Virus record (IMG/VR): IMGVR_UViG_3300028833_000069
Length of the DNA: 64,000 bases
Direction: 5' to 3' (one strand)
From: a virus
Taxonomy: Duplodnaviria; Heunggongvirae; Uroviricota; Caudoviricetes
Below are positions 1 through 8,661 of the stretch, one piece after another. A program made the translations under genes and the position numbers. Under the pieces are notes generated by a model. That model saw only the letters and a list, made by a program, of their open reading frames with translations, searched no databases and was not told the DNA's origin. Every line of letters begins with the position of its first letter. The first letter of the stretch is position 1.

Positions 1-2
1 AA

Positions 3-1445
3 ATGTTAGAGCTTATTGAACTTGTTGAAAAAGTAGCTAGGAAAGATCCTTATTTAGCAGCACAATGTATTGTGTGGTCTAGATGGGAAGGTGAAGGCAT
101 GAGAACTACTAGCCATGTAGCAGCAGCCGCATTGGCAAGCTATATTTCTGGTAAAGAATGGGCTAAAAGGTTCTATGATGCCTATGATAAAAAGAATAAG
201 AGAGGTGGATGTATTTGTAGACCTGATGATATGTCTGAGATTAAAATAGCATATTTCTCAATGAATGCTCCTCATAAAGTCAGCATGGCAATGAAGAAAG
301 GCTTTAAAAGCTATATTGAATCATTGCCACCATATCAGATGTTTAAATACAAGAAGCCTGTTATTGATATTTCTAACTTAGTGCATCCTAATCCAAATGT
401 AACACAAGATATTGTTGTTGACAATAAGAGAGTTAAGTCATTAACTGCTCTTATGACAGGAATGCATGTTTCTGCTAATACTTGGGAAGCTAGGCAAAGT
501 GCAGCTGGTCAAGAGATAGCAGAGCAAGTTAGAAAAGGTGAGCTCACAGCACAAGAAGCAGAACTTGCTCTTGATAAAGCTAAAAGTGAGAATTGGAATG
601 ATTTACTGCTTAAAGATAATCTTGGTATTCTTGCTGCATTAAGGAACATAAGAAATATTCTTAAAACTGCTAACATCAATTCTATCAAAAAGCTTTGCTC
701 TATGTTAGAAGATGTTAAGAGAATTAAAGAAGGTAATATTATGCCTATGCAAATAGATACTGCTTATGATATTGTAAGTAGTGAATTTGCTACTACTGAA
801 ACAGGTAAACTTATAATGAGATCTTTGTTAAAAGGATATGAATTATCTGTTGCTAACTTAGGTCCCGCATTACCAGGTAGAAATCTTGTAATTCTAGATT
901 GTAGTGGTTCTATGGCATGGAGTAACATCTATAATACTAGAACTGGAACTGCTTCTAGAAGTAGAACTTGTTTAGATGCAGCATCTCTTGTTGCAGCTAC
1001 AATTTTGAAAGCTACTGGTGGAGACCTTATTATGTTTGGTAGTGGTGCAAAAATAGGTTCTTATAATCCTATGCAAAATGTTTTTGACATTGCACATAGT
1101 TTAAGAGTCTGCAATATGGGTGGTACTAATCTTGCTACTGCATTTGATTTAGTTGCTAAAAATTGGAGTAATATTCAATATGATAGAATTTTCATTCTGT
1201 CTGATAATGAATGTAATGGAGGTAACAACCTTATTGCATATAAGAATTTACTCTCAAAATGTGGTGCTAGTCAATTACCATATATTTACTCTGTAGATAT
1301 GGCAGCATATGGTACTACTCCTATTAAACATGATGGTAGAGTTAACTACTATTATGGTTTTGGATATGCAATGTTTGATGATGTAGCTAAAATGGAATTT
1401 AATCCTGAAGCTCACATTGAGAAAGTAAAACAGATTGTTATTTAA
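3..1445 (+). CDS. Ro60/Rsr-like TROVE + vWA domain protein (probably 5'-truncated by the window edge)
   Basis: TROVE-like motifs GMRTTSH, RPDDMSEI, KKGFKSYIESLPPYQMFKY and AALRNIRN; C-terminal vWA MIDAS motifs DCSGS, GGT and SDNE. Confidence 0.85.
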   Translation: MLELIELVEKVARKDPYLAAQCIVWSRWEGEGMRTTSHVAAAALASYISGKEWAKRFYDAYDKKNKRGGCICRPDDMSEIKIAYFSMNAPHKVSMAMKKGFKSYIESLPPYQMFKYKKPVIDISNLVHPNPNVTQDIVVDNKRVKSLTALMTGMHVSANTWEARQSAAGQEIAEQVRKGELTAQEAELALDKAKSENWNDLLLKDNLGILAALRNIRNILKTANINSIKKLCSMLEDVKRIKEGNIMPMQIDTAYDIVSSEFATTETGKLIMRSLLKGYELSVANLGPALPGRNLVILDCSGSMAWSNIYNTRTGTASRSRTCLDAASLVAATILKATGGDLIMFGSGAKIGSYNPMQNVFDIAHSLRVCNMGGTNLATAFDLVAKNWSNIQYDRIFILSDNECNGGNNLIAYKNLLSKCGASQLPYIYSVDMAAYGTTPIKHDGRVNYYYGFGYAMFDDVAKMEFNPEAHIEKVKQIVI

Positions 1446-1759
1446 TGACTGTTGAAGAAGCTATCCTAGACAAAATTTTAAAGCTAAGAAGTACATTAGT
1501 TCAAAGGGCTGTTGTCACAAATCCTAATCTTTTACAAATGGCTATACTAGATATTGGTGATTTAACTCTAGAAGTTAAGTTAGCTGAATCTAGGAAGAAG
1601 ACGCCTATGTGGGATATAGTATTAAAAAGGAATGGGCAATATATATTTATTACCCAAACTCCAGACAAGAGATACTTTGACTACTGTACTACTTTAGCCC
1701 AAACTTGGATCAATAAGAATTCTGAAATAGGTATTCAAGAATTTCTTAGATTAGTATAA
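1445..1759 (+). CDS. hypothetical protein
   Basis: 104-aa ORF coupled to the upstream stop (TAATG). Confidence 0.7.
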   Translation: MTVEEAILDKILKLRSTLVQRAVVTNPNLLQMAILDIGDLTLEVKLAESRKKTPMWDIVLKRNGQYIFITQTPDKRYFDYCTTLAQTWINKNSEIGIQEFLRLV

Positions 1760-1815
1760 TAGATGTAAGGAATTATCCTAGCTTTTTAATTTTCTAACTG
1801 AAAAATTGAAATAAA

Positions 1816-2493
1816 ATGATTTATAAGCTTTCTAGTGGTACTGCTTCTAGTTCTAGTACCAATTTTGATAATGTTGTTGTTAGAGGTGAAAGTATTTCTT
1901 CTTTACACAAAAAAATTATAAATAGTACTTTTATTAGATGTAATTTTGATAAGGTAAAAGTTGGTGCTGCTTTAAGTGGCGATTTCTTTAATTGTACTTT
2001 TAAAGGGTATCAAATACCTTATGTAAATCTTACTATTACTCCTGATAAAAATACTGGTGATTTTGATTTTGCTGAGCATATAATCAGAACAACTTCTAAG
2101 GTTCCTGTTTATAAAATTGTGCATGGTACTAATGGAGGTTATTATATTATTTATGGTTATGTACCAAGTGGATATGTAATTGTTAATCCTATCAATGAAG
2201 GCATGGGAAAAATTAGAACAAATTGTTTCCATGTAGATCATATTTATAAAGTAACCTCAACACCTTCTTTTACAGAGGTAAACGATGTTACTTGTGCTTG
2301 TATGGGTTGTGGTGAAAACATTCCTTATAAGAAGAATTATGATGTAGTACCTACTAAAGGTCTTGATTTAGACTTTAGCGAGACTTGTGCTTCTGGTATT
2401 CATTGCTTCTTTACTAAAGAAGAGGCTGTTGATTTCTTACATGATAATCACAACAGTTATAAGGTATCTCAAGTTTTAGCAAAACTTCCTTAA
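1816..2493 (+). CDS. DUF5758-like protein with short pentapeptide-like N-terminal repeats
   Basis: C-terminal CASGIHCFFTKEEAVDF resembles the DUF5758 signature; N-terminal STFIRCNFD/FFNCTF repeats. Confidence 0.6.
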   Translation: MIYKLSSGTASSSSTNFDNVVVRGESISSLHKKIINSTFIRCNFDKVKVGAALSGDFFNCTFKGYQIPYVNLTITPDKNTGDFDFAEHIIRTTSKVPVYKIVHGTNGGYYIIYGYVPSGYVIVNPINEGMGKIRTNCFHVDHIYKVTSTPSFTEVNDVTCACMGCGENIPYKKNYDVVPTKGLDLDFSETCASGIHCFFTKEEAVDFLHDNHNSYKVSQVLAKLP

Positions 2494-2496
2494 TGA

Positions 2497-2675
2497 TATA
2501 GATAAGTTTTTGCCTAGTAGGTGAAACTCTCTCATATCCTTTAAGGTGGTAGTTAGGAGTAACTGAAGACCAAAATTCCTTATCTGTAGACCTCTAACTA
2601 TATTAGGGGAAGGCCTGACTTTCTTCAGGTTAAGTCTTTCTGTGGATAGTTTACTTATAAAAAAGAAATCCACAA
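2497..2675 (+). ncRNA. candidate structured RNA between the DUF5758-like gene and tRNA-Phe
   Basis: 2497-2506 pairs with 2579-2588 (10 bp, one G-U); further hairpins at 2551-2564, 2591-2609, 2614-2629 and 2642-2673; no credible + strand ORF. Confidence 0.3.
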
Positions 2676-2679
2676 GTTT

Positions 2680-2752
2680 GGTACTTTAGCTCAGGTGGTA
2701 GAGCGAAGGCCTGAAGAGCCTTGCGTCCCTGGTTCAACTCCAGGAAGTACCA
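2680..2752 (+). tRNA. trnF: tRNA-Phe (GAA), CCA not encoded
   Basis: Full cloverleaf: acceptor GGTACTT/AAGTACC, D stem GCTC/GAGC, anticodon arm AAGGC-CTGAAGA-GCCTT, T arm CCTGG-TTCAACT-CCAGG. Confidence 0.95.
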
Positions 2753-2767
2753 CAAAAATTTAAAAGT

Positions 2768-3445
2768 ATGGCAAAAATAACAGCAATTAGTGATTTACAT
2801 GGTGATTTACCTAATATAGATTCTTGTGATATACTGTTGATTTGTGGAGATACAGTACCTCTTAGTTGCCAGAGGTCTGGACAAGAAACAAGAAAATGGT
2901 TAAAACAAGAGTTCTTACCTTGGGTAGATAAGATTCAGTGTAAACATGTACTTATTATTCCTGGAAATCATGATTGGGAAATGTTCTGGAGTCCTGATAA
3001 GATACAAAAGATCTTTGAAAAAACAAAGGTTACATTCTTATGTGATTCTAGAATTGTCTTGATGGGTATAGAGTTCTATGGTACTCCTTGGGGGTCTGGA
3101 TTACCTAACTGGGCTTTTTATATGCCACATGATAAAATACTTGCTCAATTTGATAATATTCCAGAGAATTTGGATATTCTTATTTCTCACTGTCCTCCTG
3201 CAAATTATGGAGATACTGATTGTGTTTTGCAGCCAAGTTATAATTTTGCAAATCACTATGGTTGTCCTGAATTAGGAGAAGTAATAAGTAAGAAGAAACC
3301 AAAGTATGTCTTTTGTGGACATATACATAGTGGGGATCATACTCCATTTAAAAAAGATGATGTCACAGTTATTAACTGTAGTTTAAAAGATGAAGATTAT
3401 AATTTAACTTATAAACCATTCACTTTTGAATATGGAAGTAACTAA
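2768..3445 (+). CDS. calcineurin-like metallophosphoesterase
   Basis: Motifs SDLHG, CGD, PGNHD, SHCPP, CGHIH. Confidence 0.9.
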   Translation: MAKITAISDLHGDLPNIDSCDILLICGDTVPLSCQRSGQETRKWLKQEFLPWVDKIQCKHVLIIPGNHDWEMFWSPDKIQKIFEKTKVTFLCDSRIVLMGIEFYGTPWGSGLPNWAFYMPHDKILAQFDNIPENLDILISHCPPANYGDTDCVLQPSYNFANHYGCPELGEVISKKKPKYVFCGHIHSGDHTPFKKDDVTVINCSLKDEDYNLTYKPFTFEYGSN

Positions 3446-3968
3446 TCAAACAATAGTAATTACAGATCCTTGCTATTTAATGCCTGATTGCCCAATTATT
3501 ACTGATTATGCTTTTGATTATCAGAAAGATGTAGATTCATTTACTCCTGATGAACAAAAAGAGTATGAAAGATACAGTAATGATTTAGAAGCATATCATC
3601 AGAGAATAAAAGAAAGAGATGATTGGGAAATATGTGGATATGGTACAAAAATGGATAAAATAGGTTTCCAGAATTGTATTACAAGTCCAACATATATAGG
3701 AGATTGGTGTTGGTTAGTAAATGATAATATAACAGGTCAAGTTTTAGGACAGTTTTCTGCTGATTCTGGAATGGTTGGTGTATTCTTAATGGAGGAAATT
3801 ATTAACTATGATAAAACTCTTCTAAATAAACTTAAAAGATTACAGCAATGTGCCTGCATCATTGAAAATTACACTGGTACAATTACTATTGAGAAACCAA
3901 CAAAGAAAAACTCTTCAGCAAGAGTTAGAGGTGTTGGTAATATTAACTTTAAAAGTAGTGAAGTATAA
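3426..3968 (+). CDS. hypothetical protein
   Basis: 180-aa ORF overlapping both neighbours; ADSGMVGVF motif. Confidence 0.75.
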   Translation: MNMEVTNQTIVITDPCYLMPDCPIITDYAFDYQKDVDSFTPDEQKEYERYSNDLEAYHQRIKERDDWEICGYGTKMDKIGFQNCITSPTYIGDWCWLVNDNITGQVLGQFSADSGMVGVFLMEEIINYDKTLLNKLKRLQQCACIIENYTGTITIEKPTKKNSSARVRGVGNINFKSSEV

Positions 3969-4531
3969 TGCTTACTAATGACAAATTTTATTGCTTTTGT
4001 AAAGGACCTTTAGGTAATTGGCATCATTCTGATATACATTACTGTGGTAATACTTTCTTTTCTTCTGAGCAACTGTTTATGTGTTTAAAGGCTAGATTCT
4101 TTAAAGACAATGAAGCAGTTGTACATATCTTACAAGCAAAAGATAACAAAGAAGCAAAAGCTATTGGAAGAGCAGTTAAGCACTTTGATGAAGAAAAGTG
4201 GTCACAATATAAAGAAAGCTTAATGCTTACAGCTTTATATTACAAAGCAATCTATGACAGGGATTTCTTTGAAATCTTAATGTCTGAAGAAACTAAGGAT
4301 AAATTATTTGTTGAATGTAATCCTGATGATAAAATTTGGGCAATTGGTCTTGGAGAAGATGATGAGAGAGTTCTTGATGAGAAAAACTGGAAAGGTACTA
4401 ATTTATTAGGAAACTGTTTAACTCATCTTGCTAATCATCTTAGAGAAGGTAATTGTGACTTATTATTTATTATTAAGGATTACAATGCAAAGAAACAACT
4501 AATTGTAGCTAAGACAAATGATAATCAGTAA
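3968..4531 (+). CDS. NADAR (YbiA/DUF1768) family protein
   Basis: LGNWH, FFSSEQLFMCLKARFF, AKAIGRAVKHFD, VECNPDDKIWAIG, GTNLLG. Confidence 0.9.
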   Translation: MLTNDKFYCFCKGPLGNWHHSDIHYCGNTFFSSEQLFMCLKARFFKDNEAVVHILQAKDNKEAKAIGRAVKHFDEEKWSQYKESLMLTALYYKAIYDRDFFEILMSEETKDKLFVECNPDDKIWAIGLGEDDERVLDEKNWKGTNLLGNCLTHLANHLREGNCDLLFIIKDYNAKKQLIVAKTNDNQ

Positions 4532-5372
4532 AATTATTCAACATAGTGTAACAGGTGGTGAGGACACTCTCACCACCTTACCACTTACTAATTTTTGCTC
4601 TTTAGATGAAGTTCCTTTTGAGAATATAAAGAGAACTTTATTTTCTGAATTACAAGGAGCAATGTTCAATGATAAGGTAGGTACATATAGAAATTTCTTT
4701 CGTACTAGTAATTCAAATGTACTGCAAGGTTTTGAGTTTAATTACAATGGAGTAAATCTTGGAATTATACAAACTACTCTTTGGAGTGCTAAATGTATGT
4801 ATACTAAACAAGAATCTAATCTTAGAAAGAATTTTCTTTCTTTAGTAACTCCACCTGTTGCTATTAACATTATACCTGGTAATAGAGTATCTACTAGAAG
4901 ATGTAGAAATGAAAATATTCCTAGGGAAAGATATATGAGTTTTTCTGATACATATTCAGATAATGTTGTAGTTGTAGCTATACGTAATCATAGAAAGGAA
5001 ATAATTGATTTAGCAAATAAATTGATTAGCAAGATACCTGGAGTTAGTACAATTGATGATATAATCATTGATGATTTTGATCTTTATTTAAAGGTTGTAC
5101 CTACAAATGATTTAAAAAATAAAGATTACATTGGTGGAGGTAATTATATTCAAAGATTTACTGTTTATAACTCTCTTGTGATTGCAGCATTTTGTTATAT
5201 GTCTTGTATTCCTGAAGAAAGAGAAGATGTTAGTCTTTTAGACTTTCCTGTTTTAATGTTTTATGCAGGTACTTCTAATGAAGAAATACAGATATTAAAA
5301 AGTTTTCAGAAAATATTACCATTATCTCAGGTTATATATGTTGCTCAAAAAGTTCAAACACCTAATAAGTGA
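4518..5372 (+). CDS. hypothetical protein
   Basis: 284-aa ORF in an operon-like array; no recognised motif. Confidence 0.7.
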   Translation: MIISKIIQHSVTGGEDTLTTLPLTNFCSLDEVPFENIKRTLFSELQGAMFNDKVGTYRNFFRTSNSNVLQGFEFNYNGVNLGIIQTTLWSAKCMYTKQESNLRKNFLSLVTPPVAINIIPGNRVSTRRCRNENIPRERYMSFSDTYSDNVVVVAIRNHRKEIIDLANKLISKIPGVSTIDDIIIDDFDLYLKVVPTNDLKNKDYIGGGNYIQRFTVYNSLVIAAFCYMSCIPEEREDVSLLDFPVLMFYAGTSNEEIQILKSFQKILPLSQVIYVAQKVQTPNK

Positions 5373-5547
5373 AGGGGATTATCTGTGGATATTCAAGAAT
5401 TTTACAAAGGTTCAAGAAATAAATTATCCAGTTGGTATTTGTAAAGTTATTTCTCAATATTCAGAGAATTTTTGTCCTCAAAAGTTTGCAAATGATAAAC
5501 ATTTTAATTTAAGGCAAATGCCTTCAAATAAACATGAGAAGTATTAG
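5338..5547 (+). CDS. possible small hypothetical protein
   Basis: Fills the 5373-5533 gap and overlaps both neighbours; start uncertain. Confidence 0.35.
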   Translation: MLLKKFKHLISEGDYLWIFKNFTKVQEINYPVGICKVISQYSENFCPQKFANDKHFNLRQMPSNKHEKY

Positions 5548-5977
5548 AGTTGGTGTTTTTGAAACAAACAGTTCTTCTTGTCATTCAATTAGTTTTTCTA
5601 AAGATTATTTAGATAAACAAGCAGAGAAAGATATTCAAAATTATATTTCTGATAATAGTCTTGTTATTGAGTTAGGTGAATTTGGATGGGGTTATGATGA
5701 AAGTCGTAGTAGTTATGTAAAAGCAAGTTATATTCTTACAATGTGTCATGTAAATGAAGACATTATAAATATGAGAAATATACTTGAGTTAATTGGTACT
5801 GTAACTCATTGCCTTAATGTTAGTGTAAGTAATGAAAATAATTGCTATATTGATCATGAAAGTGTCATGTCAATAAAATCTCTTCTTGAGGACATTCCTG
5901 GAAAAACTCTTATGGATAAGGCTAAAAATTTTATCTTTGATTCAAGAATTAAGTTAATAATTGACGGAGCAGGATAA
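5534..5977 (+). CDS. ETNSSSxHS-motif protein, copy 1
   Basis: N-terminus MRSIRVGVFETNSSSCHSISF shared with 8191 and 8662. Confidence 0.75.
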   Translation: MRSIRVGVFETNSSSCHSISFSKDYLDKQAEKDIQNYISDNSLVIELGEFGWGYDESRSSYVKASYILTMCHVNEDIINMRNILELIGTVTHCLNVSVSNENNCYIDHESVMSIKSLLEDIPGKTLMDKAKNFIFDSRIKLIIDGAG

Positions 5978-6896
5978 TATGATAATTAAAATAGATAAAG
6001 TAACAAATCCAATAATAGGTCAGTATAAAAATGGTAATTATAATGTTACTATATTAAGTGATGGTACAAAAATTAGGGAAACAATTGATCCTAAAGATAC
6101 AAAATTTGTACCAGAATTTGCTGAAAATGTTGATGTTCAGCTAACTGACAAATGTAGTCAAGGATGTAATTTCTGTTATGCTAACTGTAGAGTAGATGGA
6201 CTTCATGGTAAACTTGATTATGAATTCCTAAAACATTTACATCCATATACAGAAATGGCTTTGAATGGAAATGATTTGGATCATCCTCAACTACAGGAAT
6301 TATTAGAATTGTTACACAAACAAAAGATTTTTGCTAACATTACAGTTAATCAAAACCAATTTATGAGTAATATTCAAAAACTTAAAGATTGGGTAGATAA
6401 AGATCTTATTAAAGGAATTGGTGTTAGCTATATTAGAAAAGATGAAAAATTCTTTGAAACTGTTAAGCAATTTCAAAATCTTGTAATACATACTGTTTTA
6501 GGTGTTACAGAGTGGGATGATTATAAAGAATTAGGTCAGCATAATCTTAAGGTATTAGTATTAGGTTTTAAGGATAAAGGAAGAGGTTCCACTTATAAAA
6601 TAATACATAATATTCATGATGGTTACTATTTTGATATAGAAAATATGTTATTAAATCAACCATATAAAGTACTATCTTTTGACAACCTTGCACTAGAACA
6701 ACTCAATATAAAAGAGCATGTTGATAAGGAAGTTTGGGATAAACATTATATGGGAGATGATGGACAATTTACATTCTTTATAAATTTGGTTAATGGTACT
6801 TATGCAAAGAATTCTTGTACAAACACTACATATCCTATTGATGGTAAAAGCATTGATGATATGTTTAATCATATAAGAAATGTTGCAGTGGATTAA
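5961..6896 (+). CDS. radical SAM enzyme
   Basis: CxxxCxxC motif CSQGCNFC; no obvious SPASM extension. Confidence 0.88.
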   Translation: MTEQDNMIIKIDKVTNPIIGQYKNGNYNVTILSDGTKIRETIDPKDTKFVPEFAENVDVQLTDKCSQGCNFCYANCRVDGLHGKLDYEFLKHLHPYTEMALNGNDLDHPQLQELLELLHKQKIFANITVNQNQFMSNIQKLKDWVDKDLIKGIGVSYIRKDEKFFETVKQFQNLVIHTVLGVTEWDDYKELGQHNLKVLVLGFKDKGRGSTYKIIHNIHDGYYFDIENMLLNQPYKVLSFDNLALEQLNIKEHVDKEVWDKHYMGDDGQFTFFINLVNGTYAKNSCTNTTYPIDGKSIDDMFNHIRNVAVD

Positions 6897-7467
6897 AAAA
6901 CAATGGATTTCTTTCAAAGAATCTTGGCATTATTATTGGACTGAATATGTACCTGATTATCATCCTATTTTTGATTGTTTTATACATGGTGAATTAAGAT
7001 GGGGTTTATGGTACTATTGGTGGTCTAAGTACTATAAAGATATTTATTATCTTCTTGCTAAAAAACAATGGGAAATAGTAAGTGGTGGCTATGATGGTCC
7101 ATTTGAAGAATGGAAAGATAGGTTTGGTAAAGAAAGGATTTACTATAAGGATTTCTATGATTTAGCAATTAAAAGAAGTCAAGATAGTAAAGAGAATAGA
7201 GATGCTGTTGCAACTAAAAGAGCTCAGACTTGGTTAAGAATGGGTAGATACTTAAATGCTCAGCAACTTTGGGAAATGAAAAAATACTTCTATAAAGTTT
7301 GTCTTCTTAATTCTAGAAATGGTATCTGTATAAATGAAAGATTTACTTTCTATATGGCAGATATGGGGTTAGATTATGATGAACATATGGCAGAAGTATT
7401 ACATTTATTACCAGAGCCTAATCTTAAATTTTACAGATGGATAAGTGGTCAAAATCATAGTGAATGA
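6880..7467 (+). CDS. Trp/Tyr-rich hypothetical protein
   Basis: 195-aa ORF overlapping both neighbours; strongly aromatic N-terminal half. Confidence 0.7.
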   Translation: MLQWIKKQWISFKESWHYYWTEYVPDYHPIFDCFIHGELRWGLWYYWWSKYYKDIYYLLAKKQWEIVSGGYDGPFEEWKDRFGKERIYYKDFYDLAIKRSQDSKENRDAVATKRAQTWLRMGRYLNAQQLWEMKKYFYKVCLLNSRNGICINERFTFYMADMGLDYDEHMAEVLHLLPEPNLKFYRWISGQNHSE

Positions 7468-8204
7468 AAAAGGTTATATTTTTAGACTGTGATGGTGTTA
7501 TCAATAATGCTAATACATATCATGAGCAATATGATGGAGATCACACTCCTTTATACTTAATAAATGATATTCTTTTAGGTAGAGTTAAGGCTATTCAAGA
7601 AAAAACTGGAGCTGATATAGTATTGTCTAGTAGTTGGAGACATTCACCAGAAGCAATTGATACTCTTAAAAAGAAAGGTCTTGAAATTATTGATAGAACA
7701 CCTTTTGTTTGGGATAAAAGAGGATATGAGGTTGATAAATGGTTACAATCACATCCAGAATATTATGAATATGTGATATTGGATGATATTGTATTTTGGT
7801 TTTTACCATGTCAATCTTTACATATTGTACATACAGATCAAATTGTAGGTATTACTGAAGAAGATGTGGAAAAAGCTATTGACATATTAAACAATTCCTC
7901 TGAAAAAAAGTTATATAATACCTGGAAAAAGGCTGGTATAGAATGCAATTTAGCTACAATCTATTTAGATAGTTGTGGATGGATGCATGGTATTCTAACT
8001 GAAAGTAAAACAAAGTTGTTTGATCTTTTCAATGTATCAGAATTACATACTTATTATCTTAATGAACAGGATGGTAAAACTATGATACATAATACTCCTT
8101 TTGACAGGCCTTATAATAAAACATTTATTGCTAACAGCTATTTTATATTTCATGATTATGATTGTAAAGTAGATAAAATTATTATACACAATGTTACAGA
8201 TTAG
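7464..8204 (+). CDS. HAD-superfamily phosphatase (HAD_SAK_2-like) with a C-terminal extension; ends in TAG
   Basis: IFLDCDGVIN (DxD), IVLSSSWR, YVILDD; stop TAG at 8202-8204. Confidence 0.8.
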   Translation: MKKVIFLDCDGVINNANTYHEQYDGDHTPLYLINDILLGRVKAIQEKTGADIVLSSSWRHSPEAIDTLKKKGLEIIDRTPFVWDKRGYEVDKWLQSHPEYYEYVILDDIVFWFLPCQSLHIVHTDQIVGITEEDVEKAIDILNNSSEKKLYNTWKKAGIECNLATIYLDSCGWMHGILTESKTKLFDLFNVSELHTYYLNEQDGKTMIHNTPFDRPYNKTFIANSYFIFHDYDCKVDKIIIHNVTD

Positions 8205-8661
8205 ACAAAGTGTTTGGGAAACCAATAGTTCTTCAACACATTCTCTCTCATTTTATAAGGTAAAAAATCTTGATATACCTCATTATAGTAGTTTTAAAAT
8301 TGATGAAGATTTTCTAAATGAAAAAGGTCTTTGGATGAGTGATGAACTTTATTCAGGTCCTCTTTCTAAATTAGTTTTTCTTATTACTGTTGTCAATGGT
8401 CTTTCTGAAAAAGAAATAGAAACTTATTTACAATATATAAAAGAAGTTGTTTATGAAGTATTTTCTACTACAATAGAGATAGATTATGATGAAGTAATAT
8501 CAGATGACAATACTGATAATGATGATATATTGAGAGGATTTATCTATAGTGCAACTAATCATGTCACTAGTAGGCTTGATGAAGAAGGTTTCAAACAAAT
8601 GGTAAGAGAAGTGTTGACTAATCCTGATATTATTCTTGAAAGTAAAGAAGAGGAATATTAA
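8191..8661 (+). CDS. ETNSSSxHS-motif protein, copy 2
   Basis: N-terminus MLQIRQSVWETNSSSTHSLSF. Confidence 0.75.
   Translation: MLQIRQSVWETNSSSTHSLSFYKVKNLDIPHYSSFKIDEDFLNEKGLWMSDELYSGPLSKLVFLITVVNGLSEKEIETYLQYIKEVVYEVFSTTIEIDYDEVISDDNTDNDDILRGFIYSATNHVTSRLDEEGFKQMVREVLTNPDIILESKEEEY

Noticed and set aside
1765-1790. Terminator after the 104-aa ORF (AGG-AATTAT-CCT followed by Ts)
   Set aside because: The stem is too short and weak to support a call
2518-2575. Active hammerhead ribozyme
   Set aside because: Core words are present but the 10.1-11.1 pair is C-U and stem I cannot form next to the core; kept only as part of the ncRNA candidate
2586-2604. Possible amber suppressor tRNA (CTCTAAC anticodon-like loop at 2592-2598)
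   Set aside because: No 5-bp stem around a 7-nt loop, no TTC T-loop, and no acceptor or D arms
2574-2640. HDV-like/theta ribozyme
   Set aside because: A P4-like hairpin is followed by UUAA rather than the catalytic C; no G-started P1 or P1.1; not located 3' of a tRNA
5961-6896. Viperin-like or NrdG/PFL-activase call for the radical SAM enzyme
   Set aside because: Only the generic CxxxCxxC motif is recognisable; a separate nrdG exists at 33385
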